NCBI GenBank assembly: GCA_038237845.1
Contig: JBBRYH010000003.1
Location: 80,483 to 144,482 of the forward strand
Length of the DNA: 64,000 nt
Origin: Bacteroidia bacterium
Lineage (GTDB): Bacteria > Bacteroidota > Bacteroidia > Palsa-965
Reading direction: 5' to 3'
The position numbers were made by a program, and so were the translations under genes. The notes under the pieces are model-generated. The model had not been told where the DNA came from. It worked only from the letters and a program-made list of their open reading frames with translations, and made no database searches. Positions 40,401-50,200 of this stretch are shown piece by piece (the stretch's first letter is position 1; each line of letters starts with the position of its first letter).

Positions 40401-41864
40401 ACATCTCAAACTATAGCTGTTTCAGCGTTCGGTAACTATTCTGTAATTGTTACGGATACTGTTACAGGTTGTGCTGGTCGAGATACCATTCTTGTAGGAA
40501 TTAATGCAGCTCCTGCTTTCTCCTTGGGTTCTGATGTAACTATTTGCGCTGGAAATACCGCTTCATTCTCTGGACCAACAGGTCAATTCCATTACGCTTG
40601 GTCTACAACTGAAATCACGCAAGCAATAACAACTGGTGTTGCTGCTTCTTACGAATTAGTTGTAACGGATACAATCAATGCATGTTTTAATAGTGATACA
40701 ATTGCTTTGTTTGTAAATCCATTGCCAATTATTAATCTTGGTTCAGATACTTCAATTTGTAGTGTAAATGCTCCTTATGTTTTGGTAGCTACTGCAGGTG
40801 GTTACAGTTACAACTGGAGTGATCTTTCTACGAATGATTCTTTACTTGTTAATGCAACAGGTTCTTATTACGTTTCTGTTACAGATATTGCAACAACATG
40901 TTATAGCAGCGATACTGTACAAGTAACCATCAATACTTCACCTGTTGTTAGTCTTGGTGCTGATTCAACATTCTGTAGTGCTTCTGGTCCAATTGTCTTA
41001 ACTGCAACAGCAGGACCATTTGATTATTTGTGGAGTGATTTGTCAACAGGAATTTCTCTGTCAACAAATACTACTGGTATCTACAACGTTACTATTACCG
41101 ATTCAATCACAGGTTGTAATGCAATGGACACTGTTTCAATAATTGTCAATGCAAGTCCTGTTGTTAACCTCGGAGCTGATACTATGCTTTGTGGAGGTAA
41201 CGTAATACTAGATGCACAAAATGCCGGAGCTAACTATATGTGGAATACAACTTCAACGACACAAACAATTACTGCTTCAACAACTGGTAATTATTATGTT
41301 GACGTAACTAGTGGCGCAGGTTGTTTAGCAACAGACTCTATCATGGTCACTATTAATACTCCTCCAGTAGTAACATTTACACCGCAGGCAAATGCATGTT
41401 CAACTGATCCAGCGTTTACACTTGTTGGTTCTCCAGCTGGTGGAACATTCAGCGGACCTGGAGTAACAGGTAACATGTTTACACCTTCAGCAGCTGGAAT
41501 TGGTGCTCATACCGTTACATACTTCTACACCGATGTAAATGGTTGTTCTGGCTCTGTAGATGCAATTATAAACGTCAATGCTTGTGTGGGTGTAACAGAA
41601 CCGTTTATTGCAGCAGGAATGAATGTATTCCCTAACCCAAATAACGGATCATTCACCTTGACGATTAACGATGCAAACTTTACAGAAATCACCATGGAAA
41701 TTGTTACAATAGAAGGACGTGTCCTCATGAGTGACAAAGTATCCAATGTAAAAGGTGCTTATGTAAAACAATTTAATCTTAGTACTGAAGCAAACGGAAT
41801 TTACTTCCTGAAAGTGACTGCAAACGGGCAGACTTACATGCAAAAGGTGGTTAAGAATGACTAA
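34479..41864 (+). CDS. giant (about 2460 aa) cell-surface adhesin-like protein with T9SS type-A C-terminal sorting domain
   Basis: Signal peptide ...MAVLAFTFLAFGLNSNAQ. A fibronectin-III-like module (LSWVDNSTNEATFYVYRS...YYWRV). A long G/N/T/S-rich beta-helix-like region. Eight or more ~80-aa Ig-like repeats of the form LG(A/S)D(T/S)xIC. C-terminal Por_Secre_tail (...ANGIYFLKVTANGQTYMQKVVKND). The ORF opens at a TTG at 34458. The first ATG is at 34479. Confidence 0.8.
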   Translation: MTNTYKTNRKNSAFTNGIRMAVLAFTFLAFGLNSNAQVSTYTFAASAGTYTPISGGTVLGTPTNDDNIFANNPIGFQFCYNGSLYTEFGVNANGWIYMGNSIGSSSYNSLSTGFTNNVISAFNFDIQGEATTGDLQYKVLGSAPNRTLVVQWSNYDAYQSVLNTDVYNFQIRLSETTNQISNVYGSYTCNVAARTAQVGLRGASNADYNNISVSNGINTWATPIAGVTNASTGEINNTPLVPASGQTYTWSQPAAPAPPITLAFSAVTSTAMNLSWVDNSTNEATFYVYRSIDNITFTLVNTQASTSVATTGTTYNFAATSLFSNTLYYWRVFAGNANCGGTPLTGTQATLAGTMCGTYTIGPTGAYTSLTAAVAAVVTNGVNCPLIFEFQAAYLSTVETFPIVIPFLGNGPAATITARPELGATNLAITSAATQTIDFSGATYFSFDGRPGGVGVLSQLTIDNSSITGNAVRFINDAQNDGLNYMKVRGVTTSVATGIITFGNSITTGNNNNFITNSDITSGASSAAVLIYGSNTITTALNAGNNISNNNIYNWFNATAADAAISINGSSSAWSITNNSFYQTASRTYTIGVLHYGIFINSTTGTTGNFTVNGNFFGGSAANCGGSAWTDGGAVAHRFIALNVTTGSVGINNIQGNTIKNFNFTTSSTTSTTNGIWCGISLTGTSANMNVGTTTPNIIGSNSANGQIVTLTSGSGGATVGINSSASGNININGNQIGGITANSTLPTISSSINGIIISSGFPLITNNVIGSVTLGSSLVNAISNSITAGQITGINSSAFSGAVIITGNTVSNLTNQYGGTSITGYVRGIVSTSGINTISGNTIAALSNLAPQTGTTTTASVIGIGLQSTSTAILGNQRVFGNTIGGLANGSPSGNVQVNGILVTSSLTTGYTYKVYNNSIQSLGAPLTSGTPIIAGIQIYGGTGRVYNNMVVLGVDVLGNAITANQEYDGIFKNTANQSTIAFNSVSIAGNGVTAGTANTYGFRRANGPVAAPVDSLYSNIFSNTRSNGAGTGFHYGTQFNAVTGIVSNGNDFYGTGTGYQMGAIGVTNYNSVSAWTAATTFDANSFGVDPFFTSTLNLHINNPGQTPLESRAIPMGIVFDFDNQVRPGPTAINGGGTGPDIGADEFDGFPVNIDLGVQLLVSPLTVGCHTATERVRVRIKNNATTAINMAVNNVTVNGSVTGPNPVVFPTLTITSGVIAGGGTLDTTLLLNYNMTLPGTYVFNAATSQALDFVNSNDAMGAVSIFIGGGVTTVSPSSMCLGLATNLAVAGQTNGGTIQWQESVDNITWTNIVGATTTPYSITPTLDTTWYRAQVCGSYNSISDTARTIFVSPATTVGATRCGTGPVTLTAAGSGTLNWYNVPTNGSPINTGTTYSPTVSTTTTYYVENSTGTSNGIHQTTFAGGNGSAGNAFTVKALSTPITITSFDGNVNAGTYTWEIWYRPNDYLLSPGSQLSNVGWTQLAIVPGVVSAGAGLPTAIPAALSLVIPANTTYSFQIFTQTGSVIYTNGTALGALYNANADLEVYQGHGGTGFAGMVNNPRVFNGRIHYTAGCSSSRTSVVATVTAPPTITAVSGALQLCGNDTTLLTVSSSNTNYGYTWSPATMLNTTIGDSVLFMPTTPGNYTYYVDALDGASGCTNRDTVSITMNAIPTTTASVNTTPVCAGSTINLSASQPASTVQITNNNVLNTSTTYPAPYGNWYGGSRHQMLILASELTAAGLTSGNLAGMTFQVTNTNASAALTNFTISMGSTALTDLSAGFAAISATTVYTNPSYAPTVGANTHTFSTPFFWDGSSNIIVETCFANYTTFPNTTFTNNCTMRQTTTTFVSTAYNFYDNTANICGIASTATATQRPNIGFIRSFSSWSYNWLPTLNVANPTMQNTTATPTVTTNYIVTVTDALTGCNSSDSVNVVVNPTPSPMLGADTAICSNTALTLDGSTGTNYGYLWNNAATSQTIAVSAFGNYSVIVTDTVTGCAGRDTILVGINAAPAFSLGSDVTICAGNTASFSGPTGQFHYAWSTTEITQAITTGVAASYELVVTDTINACFNSDTIALFVNPLPIINLGSDTSICSVNAPYVLVATAGGYSYNWSDLSTNDSLLVNATGSYYVSVTDIATTCYSSDTVQVTINTSPVVSLGADSTFCSASGPIVLTATAGPFDYLWSDLSTGISLSTNTTGIYNVTITDSITGCNAMDTVSIIVNASPVVNLGADTMLCGGNVILDAQNAGANYMWNTTSTTQTITASTTGNYYVDVTSGAGCLATDSIMVTINTPPVVTFTPQANACSTDPAFTLVGSPAGGTFSGPGVTGNMFTPSAAGIGAHTVTYFYTDVNGCSGSVDAIINVNACVGVTEPFIAAGMNVFPNPNNGSFTLTINDANFTEITMEIVTIEGRVLMSDKVSNVKGAYVKQFNLSTEANGIYFLKVTANGQTYMQKVVKND

Positions 41865-41884
41865 TTGAATTATCAATATTAATT

Positions 41885-41920
41885 ACAGCCCCGATCATTT
41901 TTGGTCGGGGCTGTTTGTTT
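41885..41920 (+). terminator. rho-independent terminator after the giant adhesin gene
   Basis: CAGCCCCGA-tcatttttgg-TCGGGGCTG hairpin followed by a TTTGTTTT tail. Confidence 0.7.
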
Positions 41921-41972
41921 TCAAAAGGCTTGTTAAAGGGAAATTCAAGAATTATGCTTAATCACCCTGAGC

Positions 41973-43487
41973 TTGTTATCTTTACACCACTTGAAAACAC
42001 TTCGGCGATTTATTTTCAAATCCTACCTCCCACCGTTCGCGTTGACTTTCGTGATTTCGGTGTTTATTCTTTTCATGCAATTTTTATGGAAATGGATTGA
42101 CGAATTAGTCGGAAAAGGACTCGACTGGAATATCGTTACTGAACTTTTTACGTTCGCAGGATTGGCAATGATTCCACTTGCCTTGCCCATGGCAGTTTTA
42201 CTTTCTTCCCTAATGACATTCGGAAATCTGGCCGAAAATTATGAACTCGCTTCTTTAAAATCTGCAGGTCTTTCATTAGTAAGGATCATGAGACCACTTT
42301 TTTTCTTCACTGTTTTTATCACAGCTTCTGCTTTTCTATTTTCAAATTATGTTCTGCCTTATACAAATTTGAGAATGATGTCAACCTTATTCGACATTCA
42401 TCAGCAGAAACCTTCGTTAAATATTAAAGAAGGCGTTTTCAGTAATGAAGTAGATGGTTACAGTATTCGTATCAGGAAGATTGAAGGTGATGGTCAGATT
42501 CTAAGAGATATTATGATCTATGATCACACTGACAGAGCAGGTAATGTTCAATTGACAGTTGCCGAGTTTGGTAAAATGAGCGTGACTACTGACAATAGTT
42601 TTCTCGTTATTGAATTAAAAAATGGAGAAACTTATCGGGAACAATGGAACACTGCTAATGCAGAAAACACCAGACCCTTTATACGCATAAAATTTAAGGA
42701 ACAAACAGCTCGACTAGATCTTTCAGGATTGAAAATGGTGCGAACAAATCCTGAATTATTTAAAGAGAATGACAAAATGCTTACTGGTGGCCAGCTATTA
42801 AGTTACATTGATACGATGCGTCAATCTGTATCAGAGGACAAAGAAAATTTTTACGAAGCATTGAGTAATGCATATTTGACAAAAACAAAAATGTATTGGA
42901 AAGCTTTAGACACAATAGAAACAAAGGTGAAGAATGAAAATTTTATGCAAAGTCTGGGTGCAAGCGAAAAAGTGCGTGCCTATGAACTTGCTTTAAACAA
43001 TGCGCGAAACTCTAAGTCGGCGATTGAATCTAAATTAAATGAAATTGATGCGCAAGAACGTTCAATTATCCGTTTCAAAATTGAGTATTGGAGAAAGTGG
43101 AGTTTGTCATTTGCCTGCTTGATTATGTTTTTTCTTGGAGCTCCTTTAGGCGCACTGATTCGAAAAGGTGGATTAGGATTGCCGGTTGTAATTTCAATTG
43201 TTTTCTTTTTAATTTTTTGGGTGATGAGTATTGTTGGAGAAAAGCTAGCTAAAGAAGGTACTATCCCTGCTGAATTCGGTATGTGGTTTGGCTGCCTTAC
43301 TTTCCTCCCACTTTGTTTCTGGCTAACCAAAAAAGCAACGGCAGATTCAGGATTGTTTGATTCTAATAACGCACTTTTCCGATTCTTTACTTCGATAATT
43401 TCTAAATTCAGAAAACATAAAGTTGTTCCTGTTTCAGAAGCTATGGATGGGGCTGAAAATTCTCCGAATAATAATACAAAAGATTAA
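41973..43487 (+). CDS. LptF/LptG-family (YjgP/YjgQ) permease
   Basis: 504 aa. The N-terminal LKTLRRFIFKSYLPPFALTFVISVFILF matches the LptF/G start. Six TM helices with a large periplasmic loop. The frame opens right after a TGA, with TTG at 41973 as the most likely start. Confidence 0.75.
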   Translation: MLSLHHLKTLRRFIFKSYLPPFALTFVISVFILFMQFLWKWIDELVGKGLDWNIVTELFTFAGLAMIPLALPMAVLLSSLMTFGNLAENYELASLKSAGLSLVRIMRPLFFFTVFITASAFLFSNYVLPYTNLRMMSTLFDIHQQKPSLNIKEGVFSNEVDGYSIRIRKIEGDGQILRDIMIYDHTDRAGNVQLTVAEFGKMSVTTDNSFLVIELKNGETYREQWNTANAENTRPFIRIKFKEQTARLDLSGLKMVRTNPELFKENDKMLTGGQLLSYIDTMRQSVSEDKENFYEALSNAYLTKTKMYWKALDTIETKVKNENFMQSLGASEKVRAYELALNNARNSKSAIESKLNEIDAQERSIIRFKIEYWRKWSLSFACLIMFFLGAPLGALIRKGGLGLPVVISIVFFLIFWVMSIVGEKLAKEGTIPAEFGMWFGCLTFLPLCFWLTKKATADSGLFDSNNALFRFFTSIISKFRKHKVVPVSEAMDGAENSPNNNTKD

Positions 43488-43489
43488 GT

Positions 43490-44698
43490 GTGCGTATACT
43501 TCAGCTTACACCTAAGCCGCCAGTACCTGCAGTAGATGGGGGTGCGGTTGCGATGAATAGTGTTACTGAAAGTTTATTGAAAGCAAAACACGAAGTTCGT
43601 CTGCTTTGTATTGAAACAAAAAAGCATCCATTTCTTCCTGCAAAAATTTCGGAATCCTACAAAAGAGAAACTAAAATAGAAGCTGTTTTTGTTGACACAG
43701 CCATCAAACCTATCAATGCCTTTTTAAATTTATTCTCAAAATCAAGTTATAACATTGATCGTTTTAACTCAGTGGCGTTTGAAAATAAATTAATTTCTAT
43801 TCTTCAAAATGAGCAATTTGATATTATTCAGTTAGAAAGTTTATATATGATGCCGTATTTCGAAACGATTCGAAAATACAGTAAAGCCAAAATTGTTCTT
43901 CGCACCCATAATGTTGAATCGAAGTTATGGGAAAGAAAATGTGATCAGGAAAAAAATAGCTTAAAGAAAAAATGGTTTTTACATCTTACGAAAAATCTTA
44001 GTAGCTATGAAATTGCTGCATTTAAAAAGGTCGATGGAATTTTATCGATTACGGAAGAAGATAAACTTACCATCTGTGAATTATTAAATAATAGCTCAGC
44101 TCCTATTGTTGTTTTACCTTTTTCAATGGATCTATCCGAATTCGAATTGACTACAAAAATTACACCAAAACCATTTTCGGTTTTTCACTTGGGAGCAATG
44201 GATTGGGATCCGAATATTGAAGGTGTAAATTGGCTCGTAAAAAAAGTATGGCCATTGGTTCTTTCCAAAATCCCTAGTGCAACACTTCATTTGGCTGGCA
44301 GAAATTTAATAAAGGATGATTTACGTTTTTATGGGCCAAATGTTTTTATTCATGGTGAAGTTGAAAATGCTTTTGAATTTATGAATCAATATGCAGTGAT
44401 GACTGTCCCTTTGTTGACTGGCGGAGGGATGCGTGTAAAACTGGTGGAAGGAATGGCCTTGGAGAAAGCAATTATCACCACAACAATTGGGGCTGAAGGA
44501 ACAAATACACAAAATGAAAACCAATTGATGATTCAGGATTCTCCTGAAGATTTTGCCAATGCAATAGGTCAACTTTTAAATAATTCCATTTTTGCCGATT
44601 CGCTTGGTAAACGAGCCAGAGCATTTGCAAAAACAAATTTCGATTCTTCTGCCGCTTCAAAAAAAATGAGCGACTTTTACAGCAATTTACTACAGTGA
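43490..44698 (+). CDS. glycosyltransferase family 4
   Basis: 402 aa. GT-B fold with the C-terminal GT4 motif region (...VPLLTGGGMRVKLVEGMALEKAII.T.IGAEG). A GTG start 2 nt after the LptF/G stop. Confidence 0.75.
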   Translation: MRILQLTPKPPVPAVDGGAVAMNSVTESLLKAKHEVRLLCIETKKHPFLPAKISESYKRETKIEAVFVDTAIKPINAFLNLFSKSSYNIDRFNSVAFENKLISILQNEQFDIIQLESLYMMPYFETIRKYSKAKIVLRTHNVESKLWERKCDQEKNSLKKKWFLHLTKNLSSYEIAAFKKVDGILSITEEDKLTICELLNNSSAPIVVLPFSMDLSEFELTTKITPKPFSVFHLGAMDWDPNIEGVNWLVKKVWPLVLSKIPSATLHLAGRNLIKDDLRFYGPNVFIHGEVENAFEFMNQYAVMTVPLLTGGGMRVKLVEGMALEKAIITTTIGAEGTNTQNENQLMIQDSPEDFANAIGQLLNNSIFADSLGKRARAFAKTNFDSSAASKKMSDFYSNLLQ

Positions 44699-45870
44699 AA
44701 ATAGTTTGCATCACTTCCCGAATTCCATGGCCGCTTGAGAAAGGCGACAAACTTCGTGCGTACAACCAGATCAAACAACTTTCCGAAAGACATGAAATTA
44801 TTCTTTGCGCAATAAACGATACCACTGTTCATCCGGATGCGGAAAAAGAATTAAAAAAATTCTGTAAAGAAATTCACATTTGTAATATTTCAAAAATTAC
44901 AATTTTCTTCAATCTTGTTCGTGGCTTATTCAGTGGAATTCCGTTTCAGGTGGCTTACTTTACAAGTCCTAGGGCAAAAAAGAAAATTGATAAAATTCTT
45001 GCCGCATCAAAACCTGATCGCATTTATGCTCAACTTATCAGAACGGCAGAATATGTTCGACATCACAAAGAAATTCCTCGGACACTCGACTTTATGGATA
45101 TTTTTTCTAAAGGAATCGAAAGAAGAATTTCTAAAGTAACTGTTTTGTGGCGCTGGATTTTTAGAATGGAATGGAAACGCTTATTGAAATATGAAGCTGC
45201 CGTATTCAATGACTTTAATGCAACAACTATAATTTCTCAACAAGACAGAGATTTATTGCCCGTCAATAATCCTGCAAGAGTGCATGTTATTGCAAATGGA
45301 GTTGACACTTCGTTTTTTAAACCACTGCCAGCTGAAAAAGATTTTGATCTCCTCTTCAATGGAAATATGAATTATCCACCAAACATTGAAAGCGCTATTT
45401 ATTTGGTTGAAAAAATTCTTCCTGCAGTAAAAAAGAAAAATCCTAGGATTAAAATTCTTATTTCAGGAGCAAATCCAGCACCCGAAGTTTTAGCATTACA
45501 ATCAGAAAACGTAACGGTGACAGGATGGGTTGAAGATATTCGCAGCAGTTTTGCACGATCAAAAATTCTTGTTGCACCTATGCAATCCAGTATTGGATTA
45601 CAAAATAAATTATTGGAAGCGATGGCGATGAAAATTCCATGTGTTACTACAACACTTTCAAATAATGCTTTAAAAGCAATTCCTGATTCTCAAATTTTGG
45701 TTGCGGACACACCAGAACAATTTGCTGTACACATTCAACTTCTACTAAATCATCAGGACAAAGCAGAACAACTGGCCGAGAATGGCTATAAGATGGTTCA
45801 TGATCGATTCAATTGGGAACAAACATGTATTGCCTTGGAACAAATTATTATTCATGCAGGGGAAAATTAA
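44695..45870 (+). CDS. glycosyltransferase family 4
   Basis: 391 aa. GT4-like C-terminal domain (...ILVAPMQSSIGLQNKLLEAMAMKIPCVTT). The start codon overlaps the previous stop (ATGA). Confidence 0.7.
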   Translation: MKIVCITSRIPWPLEKGDKLRAYNQIKQLSERHEIILCAINDTTVHPDAEKELKKFCKEIHICNISKITIFFNLVRGLFSGIPFQVAYFTSPRAKKKIDKILAASKPDRIYAQLIRTAEYVRHHKEIPRTLDFMDIFSKGIERRISKVTVLWRWIFRMEWKRLLKYEAAVFNDFNATTIISQQDRDLLPVNNPARVHVIANGVDTSFFKPLPAEKDFDLLFNGNMNYPPNIESAIYLVEKILPAVKKKNPRIKILISGANPAPEVLALQSENVTVTGWVEDIRSSFARSKILVAPMQSSIGLQNKLLEAMAMKIPCVTTTLSNNALKAIPDSQILVADTPEQFAVHIQLLLNHQDKAEQLAENGYKMVHDRFNWEQTCIALEQIIIHAGEN

Positions 45871-46609
45871 ATTTCTACTTTTTTTATGTTTGCCCGCTTT
45901 TGCCTGTATGCAGGTAAATTCTTCGGGTAACAAAATTTCCAAAAGCGAAAGTGATTCACTTCATACTTCGTCTAACAATGAATGGAAATATGAAGATGAA
46001 TTTTATAAAATTTATTATTTGCAGCATCATAAAATTGCATTGACCAATACTCGTCCTTCCAAAGCAGACACCGCTATTAAACTTTGTATTCCAGCAGCAT
46101 TTACGCAATTAGATGATGGAAGTATTGACGGACTTTTTATTGTGAATGGAAAAGCCATCGATTCAAAAAAAGTAAATCATCATTTAGGAGGAGGCTTTTT
46201 AATTGAAGCAGATAAAATTCAGATGTTGGGAACGAATGATGGAAAAATATTGACTAACACCTGGCAAGATTCTGTTTGTAAATTAAACGTTTCTTTTTTT
46301 CAGCAGATACAAATGGTAAGAAATGGTGAAGCTTTGGTTTTTAATAAAGATCAAAAACTTTTTCAGCGTAGAGCAATTGTAATTTATGCCGATGGAAATG
46401 TAGCCATGATAGAAACTAAAAGCCCGATTACCTTAAGTGAATTTGCAAATGATTTGGTGCGAATGAAAGTGTGGAATGCAATGTACACCGACATGGGAAG
46501 CTATGATGAAGGCTGGGTACGCGATCCCGGAAACGAAAAAATAATAGTGATTGGAAATAATAGAATGGAAACAGCCAGACAAAGCAATTGGTTGATTTTT
46601 AAAAACTGA
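45854..46609 (+). CDS. lipoprotein, phosphodiester glycosidase (DUF2233)-like
   Basis: Lipoprotein signal MQGKIKFLLFLCLPAFAC starting at 45854, overlapping the GT4 gene by 17 nt. The motifs RRAIVIYADGNVAMIE and TDMGSYDEG loosely match the DUF2233 PRTAIG...DGGGS pattern. Tentative. Confidence 0.4.
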   Translation: MQGKIKFLLFLCLPAFACMQVNSSGNKISKSESDSLHTSSNNEWKYEDEFYKIYYLQHHKIALTNTRPSKADTAIKLCIPAAFTQLDDGSIDGLFIVNGKAIDSKKVNHHLGGGFLIEADKIQMLGTNDGKILTNTWQDSVCKLNVSFFQQIQMVRNGEALVFNKDQKLFQRRAIVIYADGNVAMIETKSPITLSEFANDLVRMKVWNAMYTDMGSYDEGWVRDPGNEKIIVIGNNRMETARQSNWLIFKN

Positions 46610-46912
46610 GGAAATATTTCTATTCAGCCCTGATTGAAGTGAAAAGCACAACGTACTTGCAACGGAAAGCAGGAAAAATGTTCATTTAACAATGCATTTT
46701 CACTGCTCCCATTCCGTTTATTTAATCCAAAACATTCGTTTTCATTTGCACTTGCTGTTTTAAGGATCTTGGATGATACTAATTATCACTACAAAACCTC
46801 ACAACTACCTCATTATCAACAACCATTGTTAGAAAACCCGGACTTGTTATTTAATACAAAGCGGAAATATTGCTATCTTTCCTACCGCACAGATCTACCT
46901 AATCCATTGTAC

Positions 46913-47266
46913 ATGAAACGTTTCCTAATTATTCTGCTCATCTGTTTGCCTTTTCTGTCGCTGACTGATACTAGAAGTTGGGTTTATATTCACCAAACTG
47001 TTGTATCAGACATTACGCCTTATACTGATGCGCTGGTTCATTCTGATCTTGATAAGTATCGCTATTTTGATATGCGTAATACTTTACATTTTGAAAATGG
47101 TTTGGATGTAGAATTACTTTCTGCTAACGAATTAACTGCTTCAGGAATTCCATTCAATAGCAGTCACGTAAGAACAGCTGTACCCTCCTTTGATACTCAT
47201 TCCATTTTCAAATTAACTGCAAATGGAATTTTAGTGGAAGTACAAACAAGATCTAAAATCAAATAA
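46913..47266 (+). CDS. hypothetical small secreted protein
   Basis: Signal peptide MKRFLIILLICLPFLSLT. About 117 aa. It lies directly upstream of the first giant type-B CTD gene. Confidence 0.35.
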   Translation: MKRFLIILLICLPFLSLTDTRSWVYIHQTVVSDITPYTDALVHSDLDKYRYFDMRNTLHFENGLDVELLSANELTASGIPFNSSHVRTAVPSFDTHSIFKLTANGILVEVQTRSKIK

Positions 47267-47271
47267 ACAAG

Positions 47272-50200
47272 ATGAAGAAAATATACTTTTTACTTTGTTT
47301 GGTTTTAGCTTCATTCGCTTTTACAACAAACACATTTGCTCAAGTTGCCAATGATGATTGTTTTGGTGCAACGCCATTAGGAACATTAGGTGCTCCTGCT
47401 CCATGTCCTAGCGGATTAGGTGCTGTTTCTACTTTCAACAATTTGACAAACGTGAATTCGGTAACAGAAATGCCGTATACAACACTCATCAATTGTCAGC
47501 CCTCCAACAATACACCGATGGCATCACCTGCTACGGACGTTTGGTTTTCATTTGTAAATAATGGTAATGCATTAAATATTACGATCAATGGAAATATTGT
47601 GAATCCAAACGTTGCTGTTTATCAGGGCGGATGTGCAGGACTAATTGGAAGAGGATGTGCGATTGGATCAGGAAATTCATTGACGGTTCAATTCGATCAA
47701 ATGACGATAGGAACCACTTATTATATTCAAGTAAGCGGAGGTACTCCAGCTGACCAAGGAACATTCACCATGACTTTACAGAATGTGAATTCATGTTCAG
47801 ATTGTTTACTTGCTTCGAGCATGACGGTAAATCCACTTCCTACTAATGGAACTTACCAAGGAGGAACAACAGTTACTTTTTGTTTTACTATTTCACAATG
47901 GGATCAACAAAATACAAACTGGTTACATGCAGTAATTCCAACTTTTGGTTCCGGATGGAATTTAGGATCCTTAACGGGATTAGTAGGTGCTGCAACTTGT
48001 GATGGAGGTCCAGGAGTTTGGTCTTGGTTTAATAATGTAAACACTCCGAATGGAAATGGAATTCTTTCAGGATTTTTCTTTGACGGTGATATTGTTCAAG
48101 GCGGACCAAACGGAAACCCTACCGATAATTTCGGTGACAATTGTACTGGTTTAGTGAACTGGACTTTCTGTTGGACGATTACAGCTGATCTTTGCCCTCC
48201 AGGAAACAATGGAGATGATTTAAGTATTACTGTAGATACATTCGGTGATGGTGAAACAGGTAACTGGACTAACGTAGCTTGCATTGCTGATCCTGTTTAT
48301 CAATTCAATGCTTCACTTGCATGTTGTGCCCCTCCACAAATGGTGCAGACAAACGTTTTGTGTTTCGGTGGTAATAATGGATCAGTAACTGCTACAGCAG
48401 TGGGTACAGGTCCATGGGATTATACATGGTACAATTCTTCTAATACTGTTTTACAAACTTCCCTTGGGAATGCGGGTGCAAATACCATTAACAATCTTAC
48501 AGCAGGTACCTATCATGTTACTGTTGTAGATAATAACAATGGTTGCACTACCACAACAACCGTTACCATAACTCAACCTACCCAGTTGACTTTAAATACA
48601 ACCTTTACTCCGGCGGCTTGTAACCAAGCTAATGGTACGGCAACGGTAACTCCAAGTGGAGGAATTGCGCCATACGATTTTGTATGGACGGATGCATTGA
48701 ACAATGTACTTCAAACAGCAAACAATTTACCGGGAGCCAATACACTGAATAATTTGGCAGCAGGCACTTACAATATTCTTGTTACGGATGCCAACAACTG
48801 TCTTTCCAACGTTTCAGTAACTGTTACGGGAGTACCTGGAAGTTTAGCAGATGTTACTGATAGTATTCCTGCAAGTTGTTTTGGAACTTGTGATGGATCT
48901 GCTACATGCACGCTGAATGGTGGAACTGCTCCTTATGCATATCAATGGAGTGCGAATGCAGCAAATCAGGTTACAGCAACTGCAACAAATCTTTGTGTCG
49001 GAACTTACACCGTAAATTACTCAGACGTTAATAATTGTTCCGGAAATGCAACCGTAGTGGTTACAGGTCCTCCTGCAGTTACCTCCACTGTTGCCGCAGC
49101 ACCAACTACAATTTGCATTGGTCAATCGAGCAATTTAACTGCAACACCTGCAGGTGGAACAGGTTCAGGTTACACGTATGTATGGACGCCTGTAGGAACA
49201 GGTAACACACAAGTTGTTTCCGTTTCTCCGATTGTAACAACTACTTATACTGTTGTAGTTTCTGACGGTAATGGATGTTCAGCTCCACCGGCAACAGTTA
49301 CCGTAACTGTAAATCCTGCAATCAACGTAACACTTGGAGCAAATCCAACTACAGTTTGTCTTGGATCACCATCGGTATTAACTGCAAATGGAAGCGGTGG
49401 AAATGGCGGACCTTACACTTACAGTTGGTTGCCAGTAGGAACTGCAGGAAATACAATTACTGCGAACGTTTCTCCAACGGTTACGACAACTTATACCGTA
49501 ATTATTTCTGATGGTTGTACGATTCCAAATGATTCAGCTTTTGTAACCGTTACCGTAAATCCTTTACCGGTTGTAACATATACTGGAACACCGCTTACAG
49601 GTTGTGCTCCATTAAACGTTTCTTTTACAAATACAACAGCAGGAAGTACAAATTGTCTTTGGGATTTCGGTGATAATTCAACTTCTGTAAATTGCGGACC
49701 AATCGTTTCGCATACTTACTTGAGTCCCGGTTGTTATGATGTAACACTTACCGTAATAGATGCAACAGGATGTATAGGAACATTGATGTTACCGAACTAT
49801 GTTTGTGTTGATGCAAATGTTCTCGCGCAATTCAGTGCAAGTCCACAACCGACAAACATTTTCAATACCAATATCAATTTCACTGATCAATCTACTGGCT
49901 CACCAATAACATGGACTTGGTATTTCGGGACCTTAGATAGTGCATTTGTGCAAAACCCTACTTACAATTTCCCTGGTGATGCTGCCGGCTGTTATGATGT
50001 AGTTTTGATTGCAAACAATGCTGCAAATTGTCCAGGTTCAGATACGATGCAAGTTTGTATTGATCCTGATTATGTTATTTATTTCCCTAACGCATTTACT
50101 CCAGATGGAGATGGTATTAATGAAGGATTTATTGGTGTAGGAGAAGGCATTAAGAAATATGAAATGTGGATTTTCGATCGCTGGGGTAATCAATTATATT

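Noticed and set aside
35401-41876. Numerous 60-130-aa ORFs on both strands inside the giant adhesin gene (e.g. 35401..35589, 35465..35740, 36103..36411, 39422..39616, 39877..40164, 41294..41476, 41525..41746, 41649..41876)
   Set aside because: They are fully embedded in a long, well-supported coding frame, have low-complexity or Cys-rich translations with no signal of function, and are typical shadow ORFs of repetitive coding DNA.
41915-42100. 61-aa ORF overlapping the 5' end of the LptF/G gene
   Set aside because: It lies in an alternate frame to the conserved LptF/G N-terminus (LKTLRRFIFKSYLPPF...). The LptF/G frame explains the region.
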